DNA from: Candidatus Ozemobacteraceae bacterium
GTDB taxonomy: Bacteria > Muiribacteriota > Ozemobacteria > Ozemobacterales > Ozemobacteraceae
Direction: 5' to 3'
NCBI GenBank assembly: GCA_965140445.1
Contig: OZ223236.1
Location: 4,032,001 to 4,096,000 of the forward strand
Length of the DNA stretch: 64,000 nt
Shown: in pieces, positions 20,231-28,720 of the stretch
How positions within the stretch are numbered: position 1 is the stretch's first letter
How the letters are laid out: each line of letters starts with the position of its first letter
Translations under genes and position numbers: made by a program
Notes under the pieces: model-generated
Database searches by the model: none
What the model was told of the DNA's origin: nothing
The model's input: only the letters and a program-made list of their open reading frames with translations

Positions 20231-21649
20231 TTAATATGCCCCATCCCCAGAAATGACAACAGGTATGGTTTTCAGTAAAATTTTTATATCAAGCCACAGA
20301 GACCAGTTATCAATGTAGTACAAGTCCATTTTCATCCAATCGTCAAAACTAATATTACTTCTCCCAGATACTTGCCAAATACAGCTCAAACCTGGTTTCA
20401 TAGACAACCTCCTAAGCTGCCATGGCTCATACTTTTCTACTTCAGAGGGAATCGGAGGCCTCGGGCCAATTAAGCTCATATCACCAGAAAGAACATTCCA
20501 AAATTGTGGTAATTCATCTAAGGAATACTTTCGTATCAGCTTACCAATTCCAGTGATTCTAGGATCATCCTTCATTTTAAACACAGGTCCATCGGCTTCA
20601 TTTTTTGAGCTAAGGTCTGACTTTAAATCCTCAGCATTTGTAACCATTGATCTAAATTTGTAAAAGTTAAAAATTTTCCCATTCAAGCCTGATCGTTTCT
20701 GACTAAAAAAAATCGGCCCCTCTGATCCTAATTTAATTGCAGCTGCAACAATTAAATATATGGGTGAGAGTAGAAACATCATTAAAATTGAAAATGTTAT
20801 ATCGATAACTCTTTTTAATGCAATTCTTAAAGGTGCCACAGCTTGTTTCTGAAAGGAAAATATTGGAATGCCTAAAAATTCTTCCATATTTGCTTCAGAA
20901 AGAATTAAGTTAAAAAAGTTCGCATAAACTTGAAATGGAACTCCTTTGTTGCTACAAAGAATCATAGAGTCATTGAGTTCTCTTATCCAATCATTGGGGG
21001 TACAGAAGAGGACTTCATCAACTTTTGTTTTAACCAGTATCTGTTCAAGATTTGCCAAAGACCAATTCAATTTTTCACTTTTCTTTTTGGCCCCTGAATG
21101 CTCCTCATCAAATTCAGCTCTGTCCTTGTGAATGATAACCCCAACGACCGACATTCCAGGAAAAGGTGTCCGCTGAAGTATTCTAGCAAATTGAGCCGCT
21201 CTTTGAGGAGATCCAATAACCAAAACTTTTCTGTCAATTTTCGGGTTAAATCGAAACAATTTTCCCGTAACGGTTACAAATTTATTTCTTAAAAGAAGCA
21301 AGATAGGAGAAACAATAAAAAAAATAACCAAAAATCTTCTTGAAGCCGGGTATTTTGCTATAAAAAAACTAATAAAGTTAAATAAAACAAAGGTCAAGGC
21401 AGTGCTCTTTGAAATTCCCGGCAAAAATCGAAATGGATAAACAGCATTATGCAAGTCGTAAAGCTTGAAGAAATCAAGAGCTACAACAAAAATTATAACG
21501 AGAATTATCATCAACCACGAAAGATTCATATATGCATCAGGAAGAATAGTAGATCCCGCAGTACTTAAGATAAATGCAATAAAGCACGCTAATGCAATGA
21601 CAGAAGTATCATATGCCCTAATTAGCGTTCTCAACAAAGTTTCTTTCAT
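20231..21649 (-). CDS. Priming polyprenyl glycosylphosphotransferase (WcaJ/WbaP-like sugar transferase)
   Basis: KRVIDI, YKFRSM, DDPRIT.IG..IRKYSLDELPQFWNVL.GDMSLIGPRP, KPGLSCIWQVSGRS. Likely start MKETLLR at 21649 with GAGGA SD (ORF track 21697). Confidence 0.95.
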   Translation of the reverse strand: MKETLLRTLIRAYDTSVIALACFIAFILSTAGSTILPDAYMNLSWLMIILVIIFVVALDFFKLYDLHNAVYPFRFLPGISKSTALTFVLFNFISFFIAKYPASRRFLVIFFIVSPILLLLRNKFVTVTGKLFRFNPKIDRKVLVIGSPQRAAQFARILQRTPFPGMSVVGVIIHKDRAEFDEEHSGAKKKSEKLNWSLANLEQILVKTKVDEVLFCTPNDWIRELNDSMILCSNKGVPFQVYANFFNLILSEANMEEFLGIPIFSFQKQAVAPLRIALKRVIDITFSILMMFLLSPIYLIVAAAIKLGSEGPIFFSQKRSGLNGKIFNFYKFRSMVTNAEDLKSDLSSKNEADGPVFKMKDDPRITGIGKLIRKYSLDELPQFWNVLSGDMSLIGPRPPIPSEVEKYEPWQLRRLSMKPGLSCIWQVSGRSNISFDDWMKMDLYYIDNWSLWLDIKILLKTIPVVISGDGAY

Positions 21650-21687
21650 ATAACAATCATCCTCTATTTTGGTTCCTTCATTTCGCC

Positions 21688-21715
21688 TTATCGACATATA
21701 GACTGCTTTGTCTTA
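21688..21715 (-). promoter_or_regulatory. Candidate sigma28 promoter for the priming sugar transferase
   Basis: Minus strand TAAG-16 nt-GTCGATAA, 38 nt upstream of ATG 21649. Confidence 0.6.
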
Positions 21716-21718
21716 CAA

Positions 21719-21745
21719 TAAAGTTATGAAATTTAGCTGCGATAA
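21719..21745 (+). promoter_or_regulatory. Candidate sigma28 promoter for the exosortase gene
   Basis: TAAAGTTA-11 nt-TGCGATAA ending 6 nt before ATG 21752; no SD, consistent with a leaderless transcript. Confidence 0.45.
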
Positions 21746-21751
21746 AATAGA

Positions 21752-22555
21752 ATGAAAACAAAACTTAACTTTATTCATTACTCCTTATTCTTTTTTTCCA
21801 TAATTACAGCCTATAAAGTTTGGCCTCTATGGCAGAATTCAAGCTTTAGTCACCAGCCTATTGTCATGCTCATTTTTTTTTACCTTTCTTCTTCCAGATT
21901 TATAAAACGAGTTGATTTACGGCCCTCACCTCTCCCATTTTTGTTTTTGATTTTTATACTTATAGGGTTTGAAATAATTTTAAAAAATCAAATCTTTTTC
22001 CTCGTTTGGCTAATTGCACCTCTTAAGGTCGTTCTATTTTTACTATTTTTTTTAAATCGCCCTCTGGACCAAGACGAGAAGATGCTTGTAATGCTTTATC
22101 TTTCATGTTGGCCTTTTCCATGGCCTCTAACAAGGCTATTTGCTCCGATTATGACATTAGGTTCCAAGTATTTTGCTTCTTTTATTCTTCTACCAGTAGA
22201 CCTTACCTCCCATGTAGAAGGAAGTATTATAAAATCAATGGGAAAGTCTCTTAGCATAGGAGAAAAATGTGGAGGAGTAAATGGGATTTATGTAAGTTTC
22301 TCTTTATTGATAATTTTTTCTATTTTTCAAAAGATTTCCCTCCGAAAGCTTTTTCTGGTAGTAATGCTTATGCCAATTTCATTGATTCTCTTTAATAGTC
22401 TGCGCATCGCCACATTTTTTATTGGATCAACATATTTTTTTGATTTTGAAAAAGCAATTGCCAATTTTCACACCATTGGGCCAGTATTTTTTATTCCCCA
22501 CATTTTATTAATGTTTTTGGTTCTACAACTCAAATTTAAATATGAAAAAAGATAG
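21752..22555 (+). CDS. Exosortase/archaeosortase family protein
   Basis: Polytopic membrane protein with Cys-Arg-His triad in expected context: IGEKCGG, FNSLRI, NFHT.G; adjacent to EPS genes and a PEP-CTERM gene. Confidence 0.8.
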   Translation: MKTKLNFIHYSLFFFSIITAYKVWPLWQNSSFSHQPIVMLIFFYLSSSRFIKRVDLRPSPLPFLFLIFILIGFEIILKNQIFFLVWLIAPLKVVLFLLFFLNRPLDQDEKMLVMLYLSCWPFPWPLTRLFAPIMTLGSKYFASFILLPVDLTSHVEGSIIKSMGKSLSIGEKCGGVNGIYVSFSLLIIFSIFQKISLRKLFLVVMLMPISLILFNSLRIATFFIGSTYFFDFEKAIANFHTIGPVFFIPHILLMFLVLQLKFKYEKR

Positions 22556-23147
22556 TTTTTTGCTTTACAAATGTTTTTATAGTTTAAGCCTATTGCTATG
22601 TTTTTATTCAGCCTTTTTTACTGATGTGGAATTTGAAAAAACATATCTAAGAGCTAGTTTCAATAAAAATCAGAATTTTAGTCATTTCTTTCTAAAAAAA
22701 AGTGAAAAAAAATTGGAAAATGAAGAAATTATACAAATTTTCGATAGATTTAATTCCCAGATTGGAAATCTTTATATCCTAAAACAATTTTTTTTTAAAA
22801 ATGGAAATTACCCTGTAAATTGGTCAAAAACTTACTGGCAAAAGATTAATCCTTACTCCAAAATTAGCTTAAACTTAACTGACAATGCTAGAACTAGTAT
22901 TCCAATTAGCTATTCAATTACCAAAAAAACAAGTAAAACATTTAAAGTTTTCGCCTATACTTATTACGTTGGTGGAAAAAGTTTTGGACAGTTCAATTCT
23001 GCCCTTATTTACAAAACGGCACTTTGCTTTATAGGAAAAAACTACCCATGCTTCAATGTTTGGATTGAGCTAACCATCGCCGAGAAGGATTTATTAATCA
23101 TTCCATCAATTATTTCTGGAATTTTAAGCCAATTAAATTATTCTTAG
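22542..23147 (+). CDS. Exosortase-associated protein (EpsI position), hypothetical
   Basis: Overlaps exosortase 3' end; N-terminal TM then periplasmic domain with AYTYYVGGK resembling EpsI YWY..GG segment. Confidence 0.5.
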   Translation: MKKDSFLLYKCFYSLSLLLCFYSAFFTDVEFEKTYLRASFNKNQNFSHFFLKKSEKKLENEEIIQIFDRFNSQIGNLYILKQFFFKNGNYPVNWSKTYWQKINPYSKISLNLTDNARTSIPISYSITKKTSKTFKVFAYTYYVGGKSFGQFNSALIYKTALCFIGKNYPCFNVWIELTIAEKDLLIIPSIISGILSQLNYS

Positions 23148-23166
23148 ATGAAAAATCTGAATTAAT

Positions 23167-25200
23167 CTACTTCGGAATATATCCACAAATTCTTTCAAAG
23201 TTCGCTTTAATACCTGGGTGATCAGGCGAAAGCTCCACTGCTCTTTTAATATTTTTTTCTGCTGAGACTTTATCTCCAGAAGCAAAATATACTGTGGCAA
23301 GACTATCATGTAATCCAGCATTTTCTTCATTTTGATTTAAAACCTCTTCTAGCAGGCTTATGGCTTGATCTAGATTTTTTCCCATTCTGGCCCAAATTAG
23401 AGCCAGATTATTAACTAAACCTGGTTTCTTTCCGCCAATTTGAAATGCAAGAGTATAGCACTCCTCCGCTCTTAGTAGGTTACCTTTCTTTTCATAAGCA
23501 AGGCCAAGGTTGAAATGAGAAAAGATATTGCCTGAATCCAATTTTAAGCAATGTTTTAAGAGAGCAATAGCTCTATCAGGCTTATTTTCTCGAAGCAAAA
23601 TTGAGGCGAGATTCTGTGATGGCTCAAGATAATCAGAGGCTAGTTTTATTGCTCGTGCATACATTTTCTTGGCCATGCCAAGCTTTCCTAAGCGCTCAAA
23701 AGTTGCACCACACATTACCAGAGGGTCAGGATCCTTTTGATCAATAAAAGCAGATTGACCAAAATTATGCAAAGCTGCCTCTAGAGCCCCTTGCCTGAAA
23801 GCAATGTTTCCCAGATAGAAATGGTCTCTGGAAAAGTCTGGAGTTTTAATAAAATAGTTTCCTGCCAATGTGAAAATTGCAACTATAGCCGCTGTAGAAA
23901 ATGTAAATAGTCTAAAATCTTTAAAATCCTTATTTCTGTATACTTCAAAAAGTTTTTGAATTCCAAGTAAAGCAAAAATAATGAGAAATGGAACAACAGG
24001 AATTCTATATCTTGAGCAGGAAAAGAAAATCTGATTAACTAAATATCCGCTAAGAACAAATAAACTTAGACTCAAAATGCTGGAATCACCCTTTTTGGTT
24101 GTTACAAATCCCAGCAATGCAAAACCAAGCAAAACTGACATTCCAACAAACGGTAACTTTAAGAAAGGCGAAAACCTTTTTGAGAAATAGAAACTCCGGT
24201 TATTTGGCAATTCAACTGGCCCACAGAAAGAAACAAATTTCTTCCCCATTAGTTTTAGCCATGAAACAGGCTCATTTTTTATGTATCGCAAGCCTTCTTT
24301 ATACCAGTTAAATGACCTTTTTGATGGCAAGGCAGGAAGCCATGTTCCCTCTTTACGCTTAACTCTCTGCCATTCTAATCCCGGTTTAATGGCAGAAAAA
24401 CCGTCTGAGAATTTGTTATTGCCAGAAAAAAAGTTAAGTCCTCCATTTGAAGAAACAAGCACAAAATCCTGTCCTTCAAGCAGGTTTCTGACTGTTACTG
24501 GAGCAATAACCAGCGATAGTCCGATAAAAGCCGCAGCAAAAGTTTTCAATCGCTTACCCTCAGGGAAAAAGCTGCGCCAGCAAAATACGGCCAAAACAGC
24601 CAGGATCAACCCAGTTGGCTTTAATAAAGAAAACAATCCTAAAAGCAAACCACAAATAAAAACTCTGAAAACCCCCTTAGTCTTTAAGGCTTTTATCCAG
24701 AAAAGAGCAAGAACCAGACTTAAGAAGATTAACCAAACTGGTCTTAGAAGCTGAACTTCAAAAAAGATAAAAGGGGTCCATAAAGCCGCCAGAACTCCCG
24801 CAAACACTGCCCAGGAACCGGACAAAAATTCCAGAGCAAGAATAAAAACAAAAACGGAATTTAAAGCACCAATAAAAATCTGAACTGACCTGATAATTTC
24901 TATGTTTGCGCCAAAAAGATCATAGATTATCCCTATAAAAAAAGGATAAAGCGGAGCTTTTGGAAAAATACCTGTGCCAAGAGTGTGGAGCTCTGCGAAG
25001 CCTTTTGCAAATAGGTGAAACTCCCATTCATCAACGATTGGGGGAGAATAATGCCCAGCTTCCCAAAACTTAAGATGAAACAGCCTGATTATGAAAGCAA
25101 TAAGAAAAATTAAAACTGCATCCAGAAACAAAAGTATCTTTCTTTTTTTTTCCGGATCAAAATTTTCAAAAAATTCCCTCACAGCCCCCGAATTAATCAT
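23167..25200 (-). CDS. GT-C (ArnT/PMT, GT39/83-like) membrane glycosyltransferase with C-terminal TPR repeats
   Basis: IRL...DEWEF, APLYPFF, many TM helices, NGGLNFFSGNN, RYRIPVVP, followed by TPRs (HFYLGNIAF, HFNLGLAYEKKG, NNLALI). Confidence 0.85.
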   Translation of the reverse strand: MINSGAVREFFENFDPEKKRKILLFLDAVLIFLIAFIIRLFHLKFWEAGHYSPPIVDEWEFHLFAKGFAELHTLGTGIFPKAPLYPFFIGIIYDLFGANIEIIRSVQIFIGALNSVFVFILALEFLSGSWAVFAGVLAALWTPFIFFEVQLLRPVWLIFLSLVLALFWIKALKTKGVFRVFICGLLLGLFSLLKPTGLILAVLAVFCWRSFFPEGKRLKTFAAAFIGLSLVIAPVTVRNLLEGQDFVLVSSNGGLNFFSGNNKFSDGFSAIKPGLEWQRVKRKEGTWLPALPSKRSFNWYKEGLRYIKNEPVSWLKLMGKKFVSFCGPVELPNNRSFYFSKRFSPFLKLPFVGMSVLLGFALLGFVTTKKGDSSILSLSLFVLSGYLVNQIFFSCSRYRIPVVPFLIIFALLGIQKLFEVYRNKDFKDFRLFTFSTAAIVAIFTLAGNYFIKTPDFSRDHFYLGNIAFRQGALEAALHNFGQSAFIDQKDPDPLVMCGATFERLGKLGMAKKMYARAIKLASDYLEPSQNLASILLRENKPDRAIALLKHCLKLDSGNIFSHFNLGLAYEKKGNLLRAEECYTLAFQIGGKKPGLVNNLALIWARMGKNLDQAISLLEEVLNQNEENAGLHDSLATVYFASGDKVSAEKNIKRAVELSPDHPGIKANFERICGYIPK

Positions 25201-26056
25201 TTTTACGCCTTTTTCGCCACATCATTAAAGTTCCCAGACTGAATAATATCATACTTCCAGGCTCAGGCGCACCGGGAGCACTAAATGTTGTTGCGCTCAC
25301 GAAATAATAGTTATCAACTCCACCAGTATTAACGATATCCCATAGCCACCACTCGTGACCAGATTCTGTTTTAGCCCCAACAGAAGCGGTTGTTCCATCT
25401 GCCCAGGTATCATAAACTGCAACCCAGTCATTTGTATCGCCGGGATTATCCTGATAGCCATAAACAACAAAAGAATGGCCGCCAATTGGTAGCAAAGCAT
25501 TTATAATCAAGGGCTTACCTTGATCAATCTCGTTTATAACATCGGTGAACCCAAAATTTCCAGTGGGGTTTAAATCGGGTCTCGCTGTGGTTCTTTCAGT
25601 TACAGCGGTAAATGCATAGGATTCGTTTACTCCTACTGTGTCTGGATTATCCCATGCAGCGAAGTCTGTCAAACCTTGAGCTATTCCAGAATTTCCATTA
25701 TAGGAAATATCATATGTTCCGCCATCACTTGCCGGATCCACCGAAGTATCCATAAAATCTGCAATACTATTATCTGCATGGCTTCCAGGGCCGTCTACTC
25801 CCCAATAATCATTTACATGATCAACAGTAGCAATGGCATTTTTTGCGGCGGCATTATAAGTCGAAATATCCCCATCAACCAGGTTGTATCCCCTGGCATC
25901 CCAATAGCCAATTAGCATTCCCCCAGAAGTTGGCGCACACCCGTAATACCAGTAATAAAGAGGCACCCCACTCAAAGTCAGCTGAGCTGAAAAAAGTGGA
26001 GTTGACAACAATATCAGTATTATTACGAGGCTTTTTCTTTTCATTTTCCTAACCAA
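25193..26056 (-). CDS. PEP-CTERM-sorted papain-fold (C39/C10-like) cysteine peptidase
   Basis: Signal peptide; WYYGCAPTS..M..GYWD catalytic Cys motif; GHSFVVYGY His motif; YDTW; C-terminal APEPGSMILFSLGTLMMWRKRRKND (PEP, TM, basic tail). Start may be MKRKS at 26044. Confidence 0.88.
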   Translation of the reverse strand: MVRKMKRKSLVIILILLSTPLFSAQLTLSGVPLYYWYYGCAPTSGGMLIGYWDARGYNLVDGDISTYNAAAKNAIATVDHVNDYWGVDGPGSHADNSIADFMDTSVDPASDGGTYDISYNGNSGIAQGLTDFAAWDNPDTVGVNESYAFTAVTERTTARPDLNPTGNFGFTDVINEIDQGKPLIINALLPIGGHSFVVYGYQDNPGDTNDWVAVYDTWADGTTASVGAKTESGHEWWLWDIVNTGGVDNYYFVSATTFSAPGAPEPGSMILFSLGTLMMWRKRRKND

Positions 26057-26282
26057 TTTTTAATTATAACTGAATCAAAATATTTTTGCGAAGTGTTCTA
26101 GAATTAAATGAGCAATTTTGTTGAATTGAAAAAAAAAATCGAAGATAATCTATTCTGCTTTACAAATCGTTTTTTTTTTACAATTTTATATTTCTTAAGG
26201 CATAATTCATTATTGAATATAATAATTGTTAGATGATAGTCTATTTATGTTTTGAAATGTAAAAGAGTAAAAGGAAATTTTT

Positions 26283-27116
26283 GTGAACCCATTCATTTCA
26301 GCTAGAAATAATTCGGTTAAAGAATCGTTATCATCCCAAGAGCAAAACAAAAATTGGTGGGAAAAACTTCCAATGACTTATAAAAATTGGGAAAAGGAAG
26401 AACGACAACTTACTTCCAAAGAGGATTTTGACGAGTTAGAAAAAATCTTCTTGGATAGTAATCCTTGGATTGCAAAGAATGTAATTTTTTCAGATTTTTC
26501 GAATAAAAAAGTTCTTGAAATCGGATGTGGATCTGGTGTTGCATCTTGTATCTTTGCTAAGCATGGCGCCAATGTAACAGCCATAGACTTAACTGAGAAA
26601 GCTATTGAAACTGCCAAATTGAATGCAAAAATAAATGGTTTAAAAATAAATTTTATTTGCACTGATGCTGAAAATTTGGATTTTCCTCAAAACCATTTTG
26701 ATTACATTTTTTCGTGGGGAGTTATCCATCATTCGCATAAACCATTTAAAATTCTAAAAAAATTGTCTCCAATACTAAAACCCAGCATAGGAAAAGGCTT
26801 AATAATGGTTTATAACAAAGTCAGTTTAAGATTTCTTTTAAAAGGTCTATATTGGCTGATTATTAAGGGAGAAATATTTAAGGGCGAAACCTTAACCTCT
26901 GTTCAAAAGTATTTTACCGACGGATTTTTTCACAAACATTATACTCAGTCTGAATTAAATCAAGATTTGAAAAGAGTTGGACTTGATTCTACAAGATTTT
27001 CAAAATCTCACATGGCAAAAAAAATGATCCCAATTATTCCTAGAAGCTTTGATGAGTTCCTAAAAAAAACGATGGGATGGTTTCTAATAGCCGAGTTTAA
27101 AAAAGGAAAATTATAA
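26283..27116 (+). CDS. Class I SAM-dependent methyltransferase
   Basis: VLEIGCGSG, AIDLT, FDYIFSWGVIHHS, IMVYN. Confidence 0.9.
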   Translation: MNPFISARNNSVKESLSSQEQNKNWWEKLPMTYKNWEKEERQLTSKEDFDELEKIFLDSNPWIAKNVIFSDFSNKKVLEIGCGSGVASCIFAKHGANVTAIDLTEKAIETAKLNAKINGLKINFICTDAENLDFPQNHFDYIFSWGVIHHSHKPFKILKKLSPILKPSIGKGLIMVYNKVSLRFLLKGLYWLIIKGEIFKGETLTSVQKYFTDGFFHKHYTQSELNQDLKRVGLDSTRFSKSHMAKKMIPIIPRSFDEFLKKTMGWFLIAEFKKGKL

Positions 27117-27118
27117 CT

Positions 27119-28552
27119 TTACCCAAACAACTCCAACAACCTTTCTAATTCATCAGGAGTCAGTGAGTTTCTGAATTTTCGGTAGCAATTATCGGGGTTT
27201 GGCATGAAAACGGTTTCAAATTTTTCGAACGTGCTTCCGGGGCAGCCTCCGTTGCAAATGTGCTGATACGGACAGCCTTTGCAGGACTCAATAGATGATA
27301 GTGGGTGGTTTGCTCTGGTTCGCAATTCCTGCAATGTTTTATGTTTCCAAATCTCTGTGATGTCAGTGGTTTGGAAATTTCCCAGGTCAATTTTTCCGAG
27401 CATATTGCATGGGGTAACGCTGCCATCATGATTTACGGCAAGCTTATTAAAATAACACCCACAGGAAGTTAAATGGCCATTATACTGCGCTGACATCGGC
27501 TCGCCTTTTTCCATTGCTGCAAATTGCTTTAACTCATATAGAGGACCGGCACTAGCCTGAATTCGACCTGGCCAGGTGACTGTTGAAAGCGTAGCAAGCT
27601 TTTCCATCGCAAGCAAACGCTCCGAAGAATTTAAGCCAACATCGTTTCCACCGCCTTTTGCTTCCCCAAGCTCGACAACGGAATTTGTGCTTACACTGGA
27701 AATCCCAATTTCACCTAACAAATAGGAAAAAACTTCTTCCAAATCACTCAAATTATGCTTATTGATTGTAACCCTTACTGCCAGCGTAATACCAGACTTT
27801 TTCAACAACCGTAAAGCTCTGTCTGTTTTCTTGAAAGAACCTTGTGAACGAATCTTATCATGAACCTGCGGGCAAGAACCATCCACCGAAAGCTGAATGT
27901 GTTTGAGTTTACTTTTAATTGCTGGTTGCGAAAGTTTAGCGACAACCTGTTCGTCAATAAGAGTGCCATTTGACAAAATCGCGTATCGCATGCGAGTAGT
28001 AGACAAAAAATCCAGGATATCCAAAAAGTCCTTCCTGACAAAAACCTCGCCACCACTCAAACAGATATTGTGAACAGCAAGTTCATCGAGCCGTTTAAAA
28101 AACTTAATCCAGACTTCTGTTGGCAAATCAGGCAGACAGCTCATCTCATCCGCATAAAAACACATGGGACATCTCAAGTTACACTTTCCAGTAATTGAAA
28201 TATCTATTTCGCAAGGACTTTCGTGGTTTTGAGGAAAAGGTTGCTGCAAAATTTGAGCTTTTACCGGAGCTATCAAAGCCCATCCTGCCTCTACAATCTG
28301 GCAGGCAAATTCCATAACATCTTGTTGAACTTCCGAAATCGATTCGGCCTCAAACTCCTGAGCGATCTCGTTCGCAATACCACGTAAAGAAAGCTCTCCA
28401 TCCATTCTGGACCAAATAGCAACCCCTGTTGGGTTAAGTCTTTGCAATTGCCCAGAAACTGAATTGAAAACAACGGCCTGTTCTTCAGTTAAACGTGTTG
28501 AAACTTCAGGATTTCTGACAATTTTCGAATCTGCATTGATTTTTAATTTCAA
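27119..28552 (-). CDS. scmE: PqqD(RRE)-radical SAM/SPASM fusion, SynChlorMet ScmD-ScmE-like
   Basis: N-terminal PqqD pattern (LNPTGVAIWSRMDG..S...IA..IA.EF...DV.EF); CNLRCPMC; LSGGE, ILSNGTL, SVDG; PGRIQASAGPL and C..L.V..DG.V.PC...C..C.Y...C.GGCP...C SPASM motif as I recall for ScmE. Confidence 0.85.
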   Translation of the reverse strand: MKLKINADSKIVRNPEVSTRLTEEQAVVFNSVSGQLQRLNPTGVAIWSRMDGELSLRGIANEIAQEFEAESISEVQQDVMEFACQIVEAGWALIAPVKAQILQQPFPQNHESPCEIDISITGKCNLRCPMCFYADEMSCLPDLPTEVWIKFFKRLDELAVHNICLSGGEVFVRKDFLDILDFLSTTRMRYAILSNGTLIDEQVVAKLSQPAIKSKLKHIQLSVDGSCPQVHDKIRSQGSFKKTDRALRLLKKSGITLAVRVTINKHNLSDLEEVFSYLLGEIGISSVSTNSVVELGEAKGGGNDVGLNSSERLLAMEKLATLSTVTWPGRIQASAGPLYELKQFAAMEKGEPMSAQYNGHLTSCGCYFNKLAVNHDGSVTPCNMLGKIDLGNFQTTDITEIWKHKTLQELRTRANHPLSSIESCKGCPYQHICNGGCPGSTFEKFETVFMPNPDNCYRKFRNSLTPDELERLLELFG

Positions 28553-28594
28553 TTATTGGCCCCACAATTTATCTGTGATTTATGGATTGATCTG

Positions 28595-28623
28595 AAAATA
28601 CTCTCAACAGACACAAGTTTCAA
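28595..28623 (-). promoter_or_regulatory. Candidate sigma70 promoter of the PqqD-rSAM gene
   Basis: Minus strand TTGAAA-17 nt-TATTTT, 42 nt upstream of TTG start at 28552. Confidence 0.45.
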
Positions 28624-28720
28624 ATATTTTTTGAAAACCCTGAAGTAATTAGTGGGTTCTATCCATGTTAAATTTCTTTATGCAGGATTGTAATCTGCAC
28701 TTGCTATTTAGGCTCTATGA

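Noticed and set aside
26057..26282. RiPP precursor or sigma28/sigma54 promoter in the AT-rich gap with A10 and T10 runs
   Set aside because: No small ORF with SD; only a weak TAAA-N15-TTCGATTT match on the minus strand and no GG-N10-GC sigma54 box I can support.
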